This document shows positions 21,542 through 31,130 of a stretch of 64,000 nucleotides of DNA, one piece after another; position 1 is the first letter of the stretch; every line of letters begins with the position of its first letter. Origin of the DNA: a bacterium (lineage in GTDB: Bacteria > SM23-31); assembly GCA_965249485.1 (NCBI GenBank), contig OZ252239.1, positions 1,696,001 through 1,760,000 of the forward strand, in the 5' to 3' direction. A program made the translations under genes and the position numbers. The notes beneath the pieces were generated by a model, which saw only the letters and a list, made by a program, of their open reading frames with translations, did no database searches and was not told the origin of the DNA.

Positions 21542-21911
21542 CATAGATTGGCACCTTTCCCATTTTGTAACTCTAAACACAATATATACAGAAACCAGAG
21601 TATCAAAAGATATGCATGCTTTCAGCGTACCACTCGGGTGTAATCGTACTCCCTGGCCCCTTAAAGTGTAGAAAAATATCCTATACAAGATGAGCGACCC
21701 ATCCTACAGCTAACCAGTAAAACGGATAACGTATCGATAACAAATAAAATAAGCTATATAATGGAATGCCGAAGAGCTCAATGATAAACCAGGTTGTGTT
21801 ACCCCATACGATGGAAAAAGCCATATAAATGGCTGCAGCAATGATCAACGCAATTGCTAATGTGCGCTTTTCCGAATTACCCCCGCGACTGCGAGCATAA
21901 GCTAGCAACAT
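21536..21911 (-). pseudogene. DUF6010-like membrane protein, interrupted
   Basis: WLAVGWVAHLV*DIFLH...PEWYA / ACISFD; in-frame TAG and one frameshift. Confidence 0.65.
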
Positions 21912-21994
21912 TTTCGTAATGGCGCAAAACGTCTAAGGCTGGTAAACGGGTGGCCTTTCCCGAAAATCAGTTTGAGGGCGCAGCAGGGTGCACC

Positions 21995-22366
21995 TCATGC
22001 ACCTTGACCCAAGAACGAACCCAACCTAAGAAACAGGAAGTACACGCCGTCCGTGCCACTTACACCTGGCCCGCACCTCGCTGCTGCCTCCAACTGTGCA
22101 CCGCCCAGACGATTAGTTAAAGCAGCAGTCCGATTGACACCAGCATCAGAACGAAGAACAGCACAGGCGCCATTAACCAGGTAATCGTCGCGCCTGCAGG
22201 TGAGCCCAGCGTTCGGCAGCACCAGCACAACGTACAAAATCGCAGCGGGTGCAGCCACCAACGGCGATTGCAAGCTGCGGTACGTCCAGCGCCAGTGGGG
22301 CACAAAGATCATCAACAGCCAGAACGGAAAGACCAAGAGGCTCCTGAGATTAAACACTGTTTCCAT
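21995..22366 (-). pseudogene. ABA4-like (DUF4281) membrane protein, internally deleted or frameshifted
   Basis: PFWLLMIFVPHWRWT N-terminus; WLMAPVLFFVLML in another frame. Confidence 0.65.
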
Positions 22367-22406
22367 ATGAAGTTTCCTTGCTGTCGAATCAGGAGTCCGT
22401 CGGCCA

Positions 22407-23393
22407 CTACGGTGTAGCTTGCGCTAGTGTACGCTGTAGCCCGATCAATGCCGCAGCGTAGGCCACGATCAGGCCAACGGCACTGATCCCGAACACCAGT
22501 GCGGCGACCAGGCTCAGATCAAACGGTGCCACCCCGCTGAACGTCTGAAAGGCGCTGACCGCCACCAGCCCAGTGTAGCCTGCAGCCGCCATAAAGACGG
22601 CTTGGGTGCGTCGGATTTCGCTCCAATTTGTAAAGAGTAGCAGCCATGCCAACACTGGCAGCACTTGCGCAGCGTGCAAAGTGAGTGCATGGGGAACCTT
22701 CATGTCGCCCGCCTCACCGAAGATGTAGGCAGACCTAGTGCCCTCGCTTATGAACTCCCCAGTCTGGAAGTCGATTACTTTTGGTATACCGTTTTGAAGG
22801 ATCAGGATTCCAAAAATCTGGGCGACAACCAGTAGCGCCATGCTGACCCGGATGGCCCACGCGAGGCTGGGGGGCGCCTGCAGCGAGAATAAACTCCAGA
22901 TGGCCACAATCGTTATGACAGTTGCGGTAAAACCGATCATGACACCGTTCGCGTTGAAAAGAGCCGCATCAAAGGGCGTACTGAAGTTGAAATGCGAAGG
23001 CACACCACGCCACTGCTGCATGGAAACCCAGAACACCTCCTCAAAGTTTACAACGCCGAGTGCGCCCAGCAGTAGCCAGCCCCTGACGCGCTTCTTAGGC
23101 AGAAAGGTCATAAACCACGCGAGAGACACAACGGTCAACCCAAACGCTTCACCGAAGAGGATTGGCTTGCGCCAGGAGACATCGCCTTCCAGAGAGCCAC
23201 CCGTCACAACGAGCACACCTGTGTGAAACACTGCGCTGAGGATCAACAAGGCCCCAATGACATAGGCGAATTTTTGGTAACCCTCCGCCTCAGTCCAATA
23301 GCGCCGCAACGTTGTCAGCATAGCGCGGATCAGCGCGCCCAGGTTATTGGTGCCCCTTTGCGGCACCATGGCTTCGGACATTTTTCTGATCAT
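22407..23393 (-). CDS. Hypothetical polytopic membrane protein
   Basis: SWRKPILFG, QQWRGVPSHFN, GDMKVPHALTLHA.Q; GC-rich. Confidence 0.8.
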   Translation of the reverse strand: MIRKMSEAMVPQRGTNNLGALIRAMLTTLRRYWTEAEGYQKFAYVIGALLILSAVFHTGVLVVTGGSLEGDVSWRKPILFGEAFGLTVVSLAWFMTFLPKKRVRGWLLLGALGVVNFEEVFWVSMQQWRGVPSHFNFSTPFDAALFNANGVMIGFTATVITIVAIWSLFSLQAPPSLAWAIRVSMALLVVAQIFGILILQNGIPKVIDFQTGEFISEGTRSAYIFGEAGDMKVPHALTLHAAQVLPVLAWLLLFTNWSEIRRTQAVFMAAAGYTGLVAVSAFQTFSGVAPFDLSLVAALVFGISAVGLIVAYAAALIGLQRTLAQATP

Positions 23394-23426
23394 CCTTTTT
23401 TGTTTGTTCAGCCCTGGTCCTTTTTC

Positions 23427-23449
23427 GCCTAACTATTCGCGCGTTGAAT
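23427..23449 (-). other. Integron-type core site GTTAGGC (attI-like)
   Basis: ATTCAACGCGCGAATA-GTTAGGC 34 bp before the GC-rich ORF start. Confidence 0.55.
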
Positions 23450-23537
23450 CGTTCAGTACGGGGCGGGCTAATGACTTGCCTCTATATTTTGGGCCATTGT
23501 TTAAGTTAGTCAATTCATCGATATATTCATTGTTGTA

Positions 23538-24113
23538 TTATCCATTATTTAAAAAATCAGCAAAATCTTTTTGCATTACTTTGAACGCTTGTGTGAAAGC
23601 TTCTTCGGCTGACTTTCGTATTTGTTCTTGACCCCAATTTTTATTAAATAATCCTCCAAAAAATCCTGCCCACGCTCTTCCCACACCGCTACCAACATAG
23701 TTATTGGAAAATAGTGTATTATCAACGTCACTGATAGTGCAGGCAATTGTCAAATGTGTATCAAGTCCCCCTGTTACCTTGAAACTTGAAATTTCAAGTT
23801 CAATTATATAAGGAGTGATTGAATGATCTCTGTTACTCACTATAAAGATTCTGTTCAAAAAAGGGATGAAGGTCTCTTGTGCTAAATCTTGGAATGGAGT
23901 CACTAATGGTACCCTGATATCGCCACCCAAAAATGGAGAACCTGTATATTCTCTTTCCAAATCCATTAGTGAAATCATTATTCCAGCATCAGAATCAAAT
24001 GGTTTACTAACGGTAATCGGAGATACATGAGGTTGAAGATAGAGAGTTGAAGCACAACTAATTATTAAAGATGATAGTAGTACAAAATTTGTTAGTAAAA
24101 TGATCTTTTTCAT
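23538..24113 (-). CDS. Hypothetical lipoprotein (paralog of 48786..49348)
   Basis: IISC lipobox; LYLQPHVSPI..SKPFDSDAGI shared. Confidence 0.8.
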   Translation of the reverse strand: MKKIILLTNFVLLSSLIISCASTLYLQPHVSPITVSKPFDSDAGIMISLMDLEREYTGSPFLGGDIRVPLVTPFQDLAQETFIPFLNRIFIVSNRDHSITPYIIELEISSFKVTGGLDTHLTIACTISDVDNTLFSNNYVGSGVGRAWAGFFGGLFNKNWGQEQIRKSAEEAFTQAFKVMQKDFADFLNNG

Positions 24114-24403
24114 TTTGATACCCCTCTTTTTATCCTGTAAAAAAACGTTTTTCTAATCTTGTCATCTTCATGATAAAATTCTCCTTTTTCACTATTTGAT
24201 AATATTGATATAGTATGGTAGTGATGATTTGACTTATTAATGTCACTCTCCTTTGGGGTGATGGACTTTTTAAAGTCTTGCTCATCAGTATTCAGAATAT
24301 CATCCAGTATACTATTATCTTCGGAAGAATCATAGAAATTATACCCAAATGGTGAAGTGATAAGTTTTAACAAAAAATTACCGAGTTTATTGAAGAGATT
24401 CAT
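24110..24403 (-). CDS. Hypothetical protein
   Basis: AAGGAG RBS; stop overlaps next start. Confidence 0.5.
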   Translation of the reverse strand: MNLFNKLGNFLLKLITSPFGYNFYDSSEDNSILDDILNTDEQDFKKSITPKESDINKSNHHYHTISILSNSEKGEFYHEDDKIRKTFFYRIKRGVSK

Positions 24404-24603
24404 TTGATGCTCCTTTCAAGCGAAAATATTATTAATAAAGTGGTGTAGTAATGTTACCCCAACGGACATGAGGGGGTGGTTTCGCTCATGACAATACCGC
24501 ATCTTTGGAAATGTCTACTATTGCTACAATAATAGGAATCCGTGTTGATGACCTTGCCCCAAAAGTTGGGCCATATGTTATATTAGTATAGGTTCTACTT
24601 TGA

Positions 24604-24675
24604 AAGAAACAACCAAGCTCACTTGCTGCTATGAAGCGCCGCGGAATAGCGGTGTGGTACAGCGAATTGTTAGGT
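24604..24675 (-). other. attC site (integron cassette recombination site)
   Basis: ACCTAAC-AATTC-GCTGTACC...GCTAT/ATAGC stem...AGTGAGC-TTGGTT-GTT; upstream gene's TAA lies in R''. Confidence 0.8.
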
Positions 24676-25656
24676 TTTGTTATTATGTTCCAAAGTTATG
24701 ACTACTTTACCTTTATGGTTGCCTTCTCCAAAATGCTGAATGGCTTCCGGTACTTGACTTAACTTGTAGGGGCCATCTATCACAGGTTTGACTGTGCCAG
24801 CTTCGAAAAGCTCGTTCATATAATCTAAATCTTTGTTTGGTTTTAGAGCAACAATACAGATGGTCTTTTTACTGAACATCCGTACCACTGGCCCAAGAAA
24901 AAAAATTTGGAGAAGTCGGGCAGTAGTTCCCCCAACCGTCACATAAACACCATTGGGACTTAATGCACGTGCATAATCAAATATCGAACGATTCGTCTTC
25001 GTATCAAGAATCAGATCATAACACTGCCCGTTCTTCGTAAAATCTTCTTGCCTGTAATCTATGGTTTTTTCAAAGCCAATTGAGTGCATCATGTTCAATT
25101 TACTTGAATTATCAACTCCTGTTACTTCTTCAACTCCGATAAATTTGGCAATCTGTACTCCCAAAGTACCGACACCTCCGCCAGCACCATTAATCAACAA
25201 CTTTTGTCCTGGTTGAATTTGCCCTACATCACGAAGGCCTTGTACAGCTAACATTGCCGCATGAGGTATCGCCGCTGCTTCGATGAAGGTCATACTAACA
25301 GGCTTCAAGGCTAATGCATTTTCATGCACACAGACATACTCGGCAAAGCCACCAAAACCGCACTCGGATATGTCCCCGTATACCGCATCACCTGGCTGAA
25401 ACTTTTTAGCGTTTCTGCCAACTGCTTCAACCTGCCCCGCTATTTCAACTCCAGGTATCTGAACTTTTGGCTTTATAAGACCACATAGCAAGCGGATATA
25501 GAATGGCTTACCTCTCATGAGACACCAATCCCAGTCATTTACAGATGCCGCATGAACTTTTACCAACACTTCATTGTCCTCGGGAGTAGGTTTTTCTACC
25601 TCTTTGAGTTGAAGAACATCAGGCGGTCCGTATTTTTTATATACAATTGCTTTCAA
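24670..25656 (-). CDS. NAD(P)-dependent MDR-family alcohol dehydrogenase/quinone reductase
   Basis: KYGPPDVL, INGAGGGVGT, IDY..EDF, HKGKVVI. Confidence 0.92.
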   Translation of the reverse strand: MKAIVYKKYGPPDVLQLKEVEKPTPEDNEVLVKVHAASVNDWDWCLMRGKPFYIRLLCGLIKPKVQIPGVEIAGQVEAVGRNAKKFQPGDAVYGDISECGFGGFAEYVCVHENALALKPVSMTFIEAAAIPHAAMLAVQGLRDVGQIQPGQKLLINGAGGGVGTLGVQIAKFIGVEEVTGVDNSSKLNMMHSIGFEKTIDYRQEDFTKNGQCYDLILDTKTNRSIFDYARALSPNGVYVTVGGTTARLLQIFFLGPVVRMFSKKTICIVALKPNKDLDYMNELFEAGTVKPVIDGPYKLSQVPEAIQHFGEGNHKGKVVITLEHNNKT

Positions 25657-25773
25657 TTTAATTTCTCAATTCTCTTTTTATATCAATCTCTATAAGATCA
25701 TTTCATTTAAAGATTATAAATGTAACGTAAAATTAGGTGACGTTTATTTTACAGCTCAATTCCTTTTAACTTG

Positions 25774-26763
25774 TTAGGTTTTGTTATTATGTTCCAAAGT
25801 AATTACTACATTTCCCTTTTTGTGTCCTTTGTCGACATACCTGTGAGCCTCGGCAGTCTGTTCTAACGGATAGCGTCTATCAATGACCGATTGAATCTTT
25901 CCCGCCTCAATCAGCTCTTTGAGGAAAATTAGATCTTTAATTATTTCTCTTGCCGGCCTCACATACGTGGCCGTAAGAATGGCTTTTTTACTGCCGAACA
26001 TTGAAGTCCATAACATTGGAAAAATAGTCGCCAACTTGCCGGCATCAAGATAGACACCTTTTTGCGTTAGCGAGCCTTTACAACGTGAAAATGAGCGCTT
26101 GCCTACCGTGTCAAAAATAATGTCATAGGTCTGGCCGTTTTTGGTGAAATCCTCTTTTGTATAATCAATTACAATATCGGCTCCCAGAGATTTCACCAAT
26201 TCCAAATTAACAGTACTACATACCCCGGTAACTTCCGCCCCAAAGTATTTGGCAATCTGTATCGAAGCAGTACCTACCGACCCGGAAGCGCCAGCGCCAT
26301 AGATACAAACTTTTTGTCCTCTCTGGATATTTCCTTTTCTAAAAAAATTCAAGGCTGTTAATCCGCCTTCAACAATAGCGACAGATTCCTCATAATTCAT
26401 ATTGTTAGGTTTTATGTCAAGTGCCCCGTCTTCAGGAAGACATGTAAACTCACCATGAGCACCAAAAGCGAACCCGGTATTTCCAAAAACTTGGCCACCC
26501 TCTTTGAATAATTTTACATCTTTGCCAACTGCTACAATTTCCCCGGCTAACTCTTGCCCAAGTATGTTTTTTTTGGGTTTTGTGAGACCCATGAAAAATC
26601 TACCAATAAATGGTTGGCCTTTTCGACCGTTGAGGCTCGCTGTTGTTGCTGTTGCTGCGTGAACCTTTATAAGTACTTCATTATCTTTAGGAACAGGTTT
26701 TTCTACCTCTTGGAGCTGAAGAACATCCGGTTGCCCGTATTTTGTGCATACAATTGCTTTCAT
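25774..26763 (-). CDS. NAD(P)-dependent MDR-family dehydrogenase (tandem paralog)
   Basis: [30 protein letters not shown]; same HNNKT* end. Confidence 0.92.
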   Translation of the reverse strand: MKAIVCTKYGQPDVLQLQEVEKPVPKDNEVLIKVHAATATTASLNGRKGQPFIGRFFMGLTKPKKNILGQELAGEIVAVGKDVKLFKEGGQVFGNTGFAFGAHGEFTCLPEDGALDIKPNNMNYEESVAIVEGGLTALNFFRKGNIQRGQKVCIYGAGASGSVGTASIQIAKYFGAEVTGVCSTVNLELVKSLGADIVIDYTKEDFTKNGQTYDIIFDTVGKRSFSRCKGSLTQKGVYLDAGKLATIFPMLWTSMFGSKKAILTATYVRPAREIIKDLIFLKELIEAGKIQSVIDRRYPLEQTAEAHRYVDKGHKKGNVVITLEHNNKT

Positions 26764-26815
26764 AATTTTCTCCTAATTAGTTATGTCGAATAAGCAAGAT
26801 TGTTTTAGATTTTGT

Positions 26816-27067
26816 TTATTTAGCTTCATCTCTAAATCGAACTTCTCCCTTCGAACTGCCGTGCGATTCGACCACTCGACTCACTGACAGCAACGATAGG
26901 CCGAGATCACGGAATCGAATGATCACGCCATAAAGCGCTGCCTGATCAACGACCGGTCCGACCAGCACGGTCGTGCCATTTTCTTGACGCTGTACGGCCA
27001 GACCTTCAAACCAGTCCGCCCAGCGGTTGTCGAGGTGCCCCTTTACTTGAAACTCGTAGATGTCCAT
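26816..27067 (-). CDS. Conserved small protein associated with MalT-like regulators
   Basis: YEFQVKGHLD.RW.DWFEGL...DQAALYG...RDLGL.LLSV. Confidence 0.8.
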   Translation of the reverse strand: MDIYEFQVKGHLDNRWADWFEGLAVQRQENGTTVLVGPVVDQAALYGVIIRFRDLGLSLLSVSRVVESHGSSKGEVRFRDEAK

Positions 27068-27145
27068 TACTAAGCTCCAGCTCCTATATCGGTCATCGTC
27101 ATAGGGATAATATACAAAGGATAAATGCCCCGCGCATCAGCCAAA

Positions 27146-27179
27146 GGGTGTAATCGGGGATGTAATTAGGGGGTGTAAA
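27146..27179. promoter_or_regulatory. Three direct repeats GGRTGTAA, putative regulator boxes
   Basis: At 27146, 27158, 27171, upstream of the small gene and dehydrogenase operon. Confidence 0.55.
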
Positions 27180-27270
27180 TGAAGATGCGTCAGGTGAGAG
27201 TTAACGAGTGGTTTGGGATCAGGAGACGGTGATGTGAGCAGTCCGGCTTGAGGTAGGTGAGTTGAATCAC

Positions 27271-30024
27271 TTACAGCAGGTTCAGTTCGTTTGCCAGCGC
27301 AACAGCTTCGGTGCGATGACTGACGCCCAGCTTGCCATAGACATTCGCAATGTGACGCTTGACGGTGTGTAGACTGATGAACAGATGATCGGCAATCTCC
27401 TGGTTCCTTATTCCTGACGCAATGAGACGCAGGATCTCGATCTCCCGTGCCGTTAGAGACTCGACAAGACCAGCGGCAGCGGACTGGGCCGATGCGGTTT
27501 CCCGCTTGACTCCCACCTCCCGCAGCAGGTAGGCGAGGTAGGATGGAGATCCAGCCTCCGCGGGGCCGTGATCGCTCTGGACGGCATCTGCAAGCGCCTC
27601 TAAGAGCTCGGCAACGACCGGGCCTTCGCCCGTAAACGTCCGGTTGAATCGTCCCGGCTCGCCCAGCATGGTCGCCCGTCCAAGCGACTCGAGGGCAGGC
27701 GACCTCTCGCTCAACAGATCATACGCCAATGCCTGGAGCACGAGCCCGTGGATCTCATGTTGCACGTGCCCACCTTCTCGCACGATGGGGAACACTCTAG
27801 ATAGAACCTGCTCAGCATCATCATTGTCACCATGCGCGATGAGGTAGCGAGCGTACGCGGTCATCTCCTCCTCGTTGTTACGATCCACTTCCACGTTCAG
27901 CGAGAGTTCCCGGTCCCGAGCGACCTCCGCAGCTGCTTCGAGGTCGTCGGACCCGCAATAGATCTTGAGCTCTACGGAGGAAAGGAAAGACGAATATCGG
28001 GTATCGCGGGAACCGCGGACGAACTCTTGCGCTTTTTCCAACTGCTCAATCGCCGCTTTGGTGGCGCCTGCGGCCAGAAACACCTGCGCCGCGGTGGTCT
28101 GAGCGTAGAGGACGGGACTCCTTGTCGGCGACTTACTCGCGAACCCGAGAGCTTTCGCAGCGTGGTCATTCGCTCCCGCCAGATCAGCACGCTCCAGCAA
28201 AACCTCTGCTAGCCGGGTATGTGGACCGCACTTCAACAAGTTAGCTTCGGCAGAGACCTTTTGACCGACTAAAAGTGCTTCTTCAAATGAGCGACGGCCG
28301 TCTTCCAGCCGGCCCATGGCCACGCTCACCTGCCCGCGGTGCGTAAGAATGCAAGCGAGAAGCGATGGATTCTGGGCTCGGCGGGCTTCATCTACGCTTC
28401 TTTCCAGGTTCTGCAATGCCGACTTCATGTCGCCGAGTTCCATCTGGACGCCTGCGCCAATCATGTGAAGCATTTCCCTGACGTGGTGCTTAGTTGGGAG
28501 CAGCTCAAGCGCCTGAGTGGCGATCGCCGCTTTCTCCTCCGGCGGGAGTTTCCGGTACGAGTGGAAGAGTTTTAGCGCTAATACCTCGCCCTTCAAGGCC
28601 TCCAGTCCTTCGGGTCCGACAACAGTTCCGTCAGCATCGTCCGAAGGATCGAATCCCCCACAGTCCTCGATTACCTTGATCGCCTCTTCTGCCCACGATG
28701 TGAGTCTGCGGGCAGCCTGATTGTTGTCTTCAGTCGCCAATGCACTTGAAGCGTAAATGAGTGCCAGCCGGGGTCTTTTTTGAACCATTTCTTCCGGCAG
28801 CGATGCGGACCAACATGAAATCGACGCGTAATGGCCGATTCGCTGGAACTCTTCAAAGTTGGCAGCCAGGAGGCGGGCTACAGTTTCATGATCACCCGCA
28901 GCGCGGGCCTGCTCGATCGCGTCGGCCGGCAGACTGTTCTGCTCGTACCACTCGCTTGCTCGCTTATGCAGAGTAGGGACCTGACCGGGCTGCTCCTCCA
29001 TCGAATGCGCACGAAGAACATCTGCAAAGAGGTGATGATACCGATACCACTTGCGCTTCTCGTCCAGCGGAACGACGAACAGGTTGCCTCGCTCCAGGGA
29101 CTTCAACATCACCATGCCATCTTCCTGGCCGGTGACCGCATCACATAGGGAACCACTTAGCCGGTCGAGAATTGAGGTCTGTAGTAAAAAGCTCCGGACA
29201 CGTTCGGGCTGGCGTTGCAGGACCTCTTCGACCAGATAGTCTACAATGTACCGGTCATCGCCGGAGAATGCTGCTATGAATCCGGGAACGTCCTCTTGCC
29301 CGAGCATGGAAAGCGCTGCAATCTGGAGCCCTGCGATCCAGCCTTCGGTTCGCTTCTCCAGGGCCGCCACATCAGCTGCCGAGAGGTCCAGCCCCATCAC
29401 TCCGTTGAGGAAATCAGCCGCCTCTTCGGGGGTGAAACGCAGGTCCGAGGCCCGTAGCTCAGTCGATTCGCTGTGCCCTCGGAGGCGGGCCAGAGGCAAG
29501 GGCGGGTCCGAACAGCTTGCAATGACGAGGTGCATCTGAGGCGGCAAGTGGTCGAGAAGAAAAGCGATTGCGCTATGGACAGCCTTTGCATCGATAACGT
29601 GGTAGTCGTCGAGGATGACAGCGAAGTCGTCTTTAATCGCGTTGATTTCATTGATCAAGGTCGTCAAGACCGACTCAATCGCTGGTGGCTGAGGCGAATG
29701 CAGCAAAGAAAGCGCGTTCTTGCCAACCTCGGACTGGACTGTCTGCAGTGCTGTGATGAAATAGGCCCAGAAGAACGCTGGGTCATTGTCGCTCTGATCA
29801 AGTGAGACCCATCCTGCGGCCCGTTCGCTGGCCTGGGTAGCTGCAAGCCATTCAGCCAGCAGCGTCGTCTTGCCGAAACCGGCAGGGGCAGATATGATGG
29901 TCAGTTTGCGGTGCAATACCTCATTCAACCGCTCGCTCAGTCGGGGGCGTTTGACAAGTTTAGACCGAGGTGGCGGGATATGTGGCGGGATATAAAGTTT
30001 GGTTGCTAAAATTGGTGTAGACAT
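27271..30024 (-). CDS. MalT-like STAND ATPase-TPR-LuxR HTH regulator
   Basis: SAPAGFGKTT, LDDYH, LRFT.EE, TEGW.AGL, WYRYHHLF, C-terminal LuxR HTH. Confidence 0.93.
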   Translation of the reverse strand: MSTPILATKLYIPPHIPPPRSKLVKRPRLSERLNEVLHRKLTIISAPAGFGKTTLLAEWLAATQASERAAGWVSLDQSDNDPAFFWAYFITALQTVQSEVGKNALSLLHSPQPPAIESVLTTLINEINAIKDDFAVILDDYHVIDAKAVHSAIAFLLDHLPPQMHLVIASCSDPPLPLARLRGHSESTELRASDLRFTPEEAADFLNGVMGLDLSAADVAALEKRTEGWIAGLQIAALSMLGQEDVPGFIAAFSGDDRYIVDYLVEEVLQRQPERVRSFLLQTSILDRLSGSLCDAVTGQEDGMVMLKSLERGNLFVVPLDEKRKWYRYHHLFADVLRAHSMEEQPGQVPTLHKRASEWYEQNSLPADAIEQARAAGDHETVARLLAANFEEFQRIGHYASISCWSASLPEEMVQKRPRLALIYASSALATEDNNQAARRLTSWAEEAIKVIEDCGGFDPSDDADGTVVGPEGLEALKGEVLALKLFHSYRKLPPEEKAAIATQALELLPTKHHVREMLHMIGAGVQMELGDMKSALQNLERSVDEARRAQNPSLLACILTHRGQVSVAMGRLEDGRRSFEEALLVGQKVSAEANLLKCGPHTRLAEVLLERADLAGANDHAAKALGFASKSPTRSPVLYAQTTAAQVFLAAGATKAAIEQLEKAQEFVRGSRDTRYSSFLSSVELKIYCGSDDLEAAAEVARDRELSLNVEVDRNNEEEMTAYARYLIAHGDNDDAEQVLSRVFPIVREGGHVQHEIHGLVLQALAYDLLSERSPALESLGRATMLGEPGRFNRTFTGEGPVVAELLEALADAVQSDHGPAEAGSPSYLAYLLREVGVKRETASAQSAAAGLVESLTAREIEILRLIASGIRNQEIADHLFISLHTVKRHIANVYGKLGVSHRTEAVALANELNLL

Positions 30025-30223
30025 AGATCAATTATAAAATCACTCACCTCAAAATTCAAAATAAGTTTGAATAAACCGCATGTGAATGGCTATCGAAAAG
30101 TGAGTAAATTGGCGGTCTAAGACCGTGACTTTTTGGATTAATAAGTAGCCGATATATTTAAACAGAGTCAAGTACATTTATTGAGTATTTGAGTTATTTG
30201 TAATAGAGTGTTTGTCTTAATGT

Positions 30224-30450
30224 ATAGAAGGGTGGAAGAGTTGAAGTAATTGGGCAAAACCAAAACTCGAAATGTAAAATATTTGCAGCTTTTTGGGTAG
30301 GACGCAAATCTATCCTGTCGCTCCGCTAATACTAAATAAATACAACAACTTATACACTTTACAACTCTTTACTTGTGCCTAAATTGTGCCTAAAAATTTC
30401 AAGAAATTCAGGAAACAAGAGATTAATAGAGGCTATTAGAGGATAAGAAA
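30224..30450 (+). repeat. Repeat B-tail/C2 with tandem TTGTGCCTAA
   Basis: High similarity to 18047-18260. Confidence 0.85.
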
Positions 30451-30564
30451 AGAAATAACAAGGCAAAATCGAATAGATTCACCAGTCGAAGAAGAATTCA
30501 AATATTCTCAAAATATTTGGTTTTATAATAGCGAAATTTATTTATCTGTCGGCATTTGTCTAAT

Positions 30565-30606
30565 TATCAAATGATTGCAGGTTCGAGTCCTACAGAGCCA
30601 CACTCA
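30565..30606 (+). other. Degenerate tRNA 3' fragment (att-like)
   Basis: GCAGG-TTCGAGT-CCTAC...CACTCA. Confidence 0.55.
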
Positions 30607-30847
30607 AAACACTTTAAATAACAACAACTTACAAGGCCCTACTCAATATGAGCAAGGATTTTTATTTTGCCAGTTTTTGTAATAATTGCACGTCTTTTTG
30701 CATATCTCAATAATTTCCATATTATAAATCAAACTCATTTAAATATTAGCATTTTGTATTTACGCAAATGAATTTAAGGTGTACACATAACCTTGGAAAA
30801 AGAGTGCAGAAAAATTATTTGGAATAGTTAATAGTTTCTCTTTGCAT

Positions 30848-30885
30848 TTTAACTAATGCTGTCCAACTTGTTCTGACGAGGTACA
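30848..30885 (+). mobile_element. Family A IS150-like end (right-end orientation)
   Basis: CTGTCCAACTTGTTCTGACGAGGTACA. Confidence 0.7.
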
Positions 30886-31130
30886 TTCGGCTCAAGAGTG
30901 GCAAAATTAGTTGCCACATAAAACATAGGGAAAATTCCAGGTATGAATAACTATCTATGTAATTATTCCAACGTGTAATTGTACCAAATATTTTGTATAT
31001 AAAAAACGGGTGTTATTCTACTGGCAGAAATCTATTTGTAATTTGTTATTGATTTCTTATCTTTTTATTCTTCTGTGATTTTGTCTTAAACATATTCTTT
31101 ATTTGGAGACTAGATTTCTAAGGACTTTTA

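Noticed and set aside
21918..21960. c-di-GMP-I riboswitch (GCAAAAC...CTAAGG)
   Set aside because: No P2 GAAA hairpin or P3 stem; overlaps a cassette junction.
27644..29846. Many overlapping antisense ORFs in the MalT-like gene (likewise in the sigma factor, DUF5916 and kinase genes)
   Set aside because: Shadow frames of real genes with no recognisable motifs.
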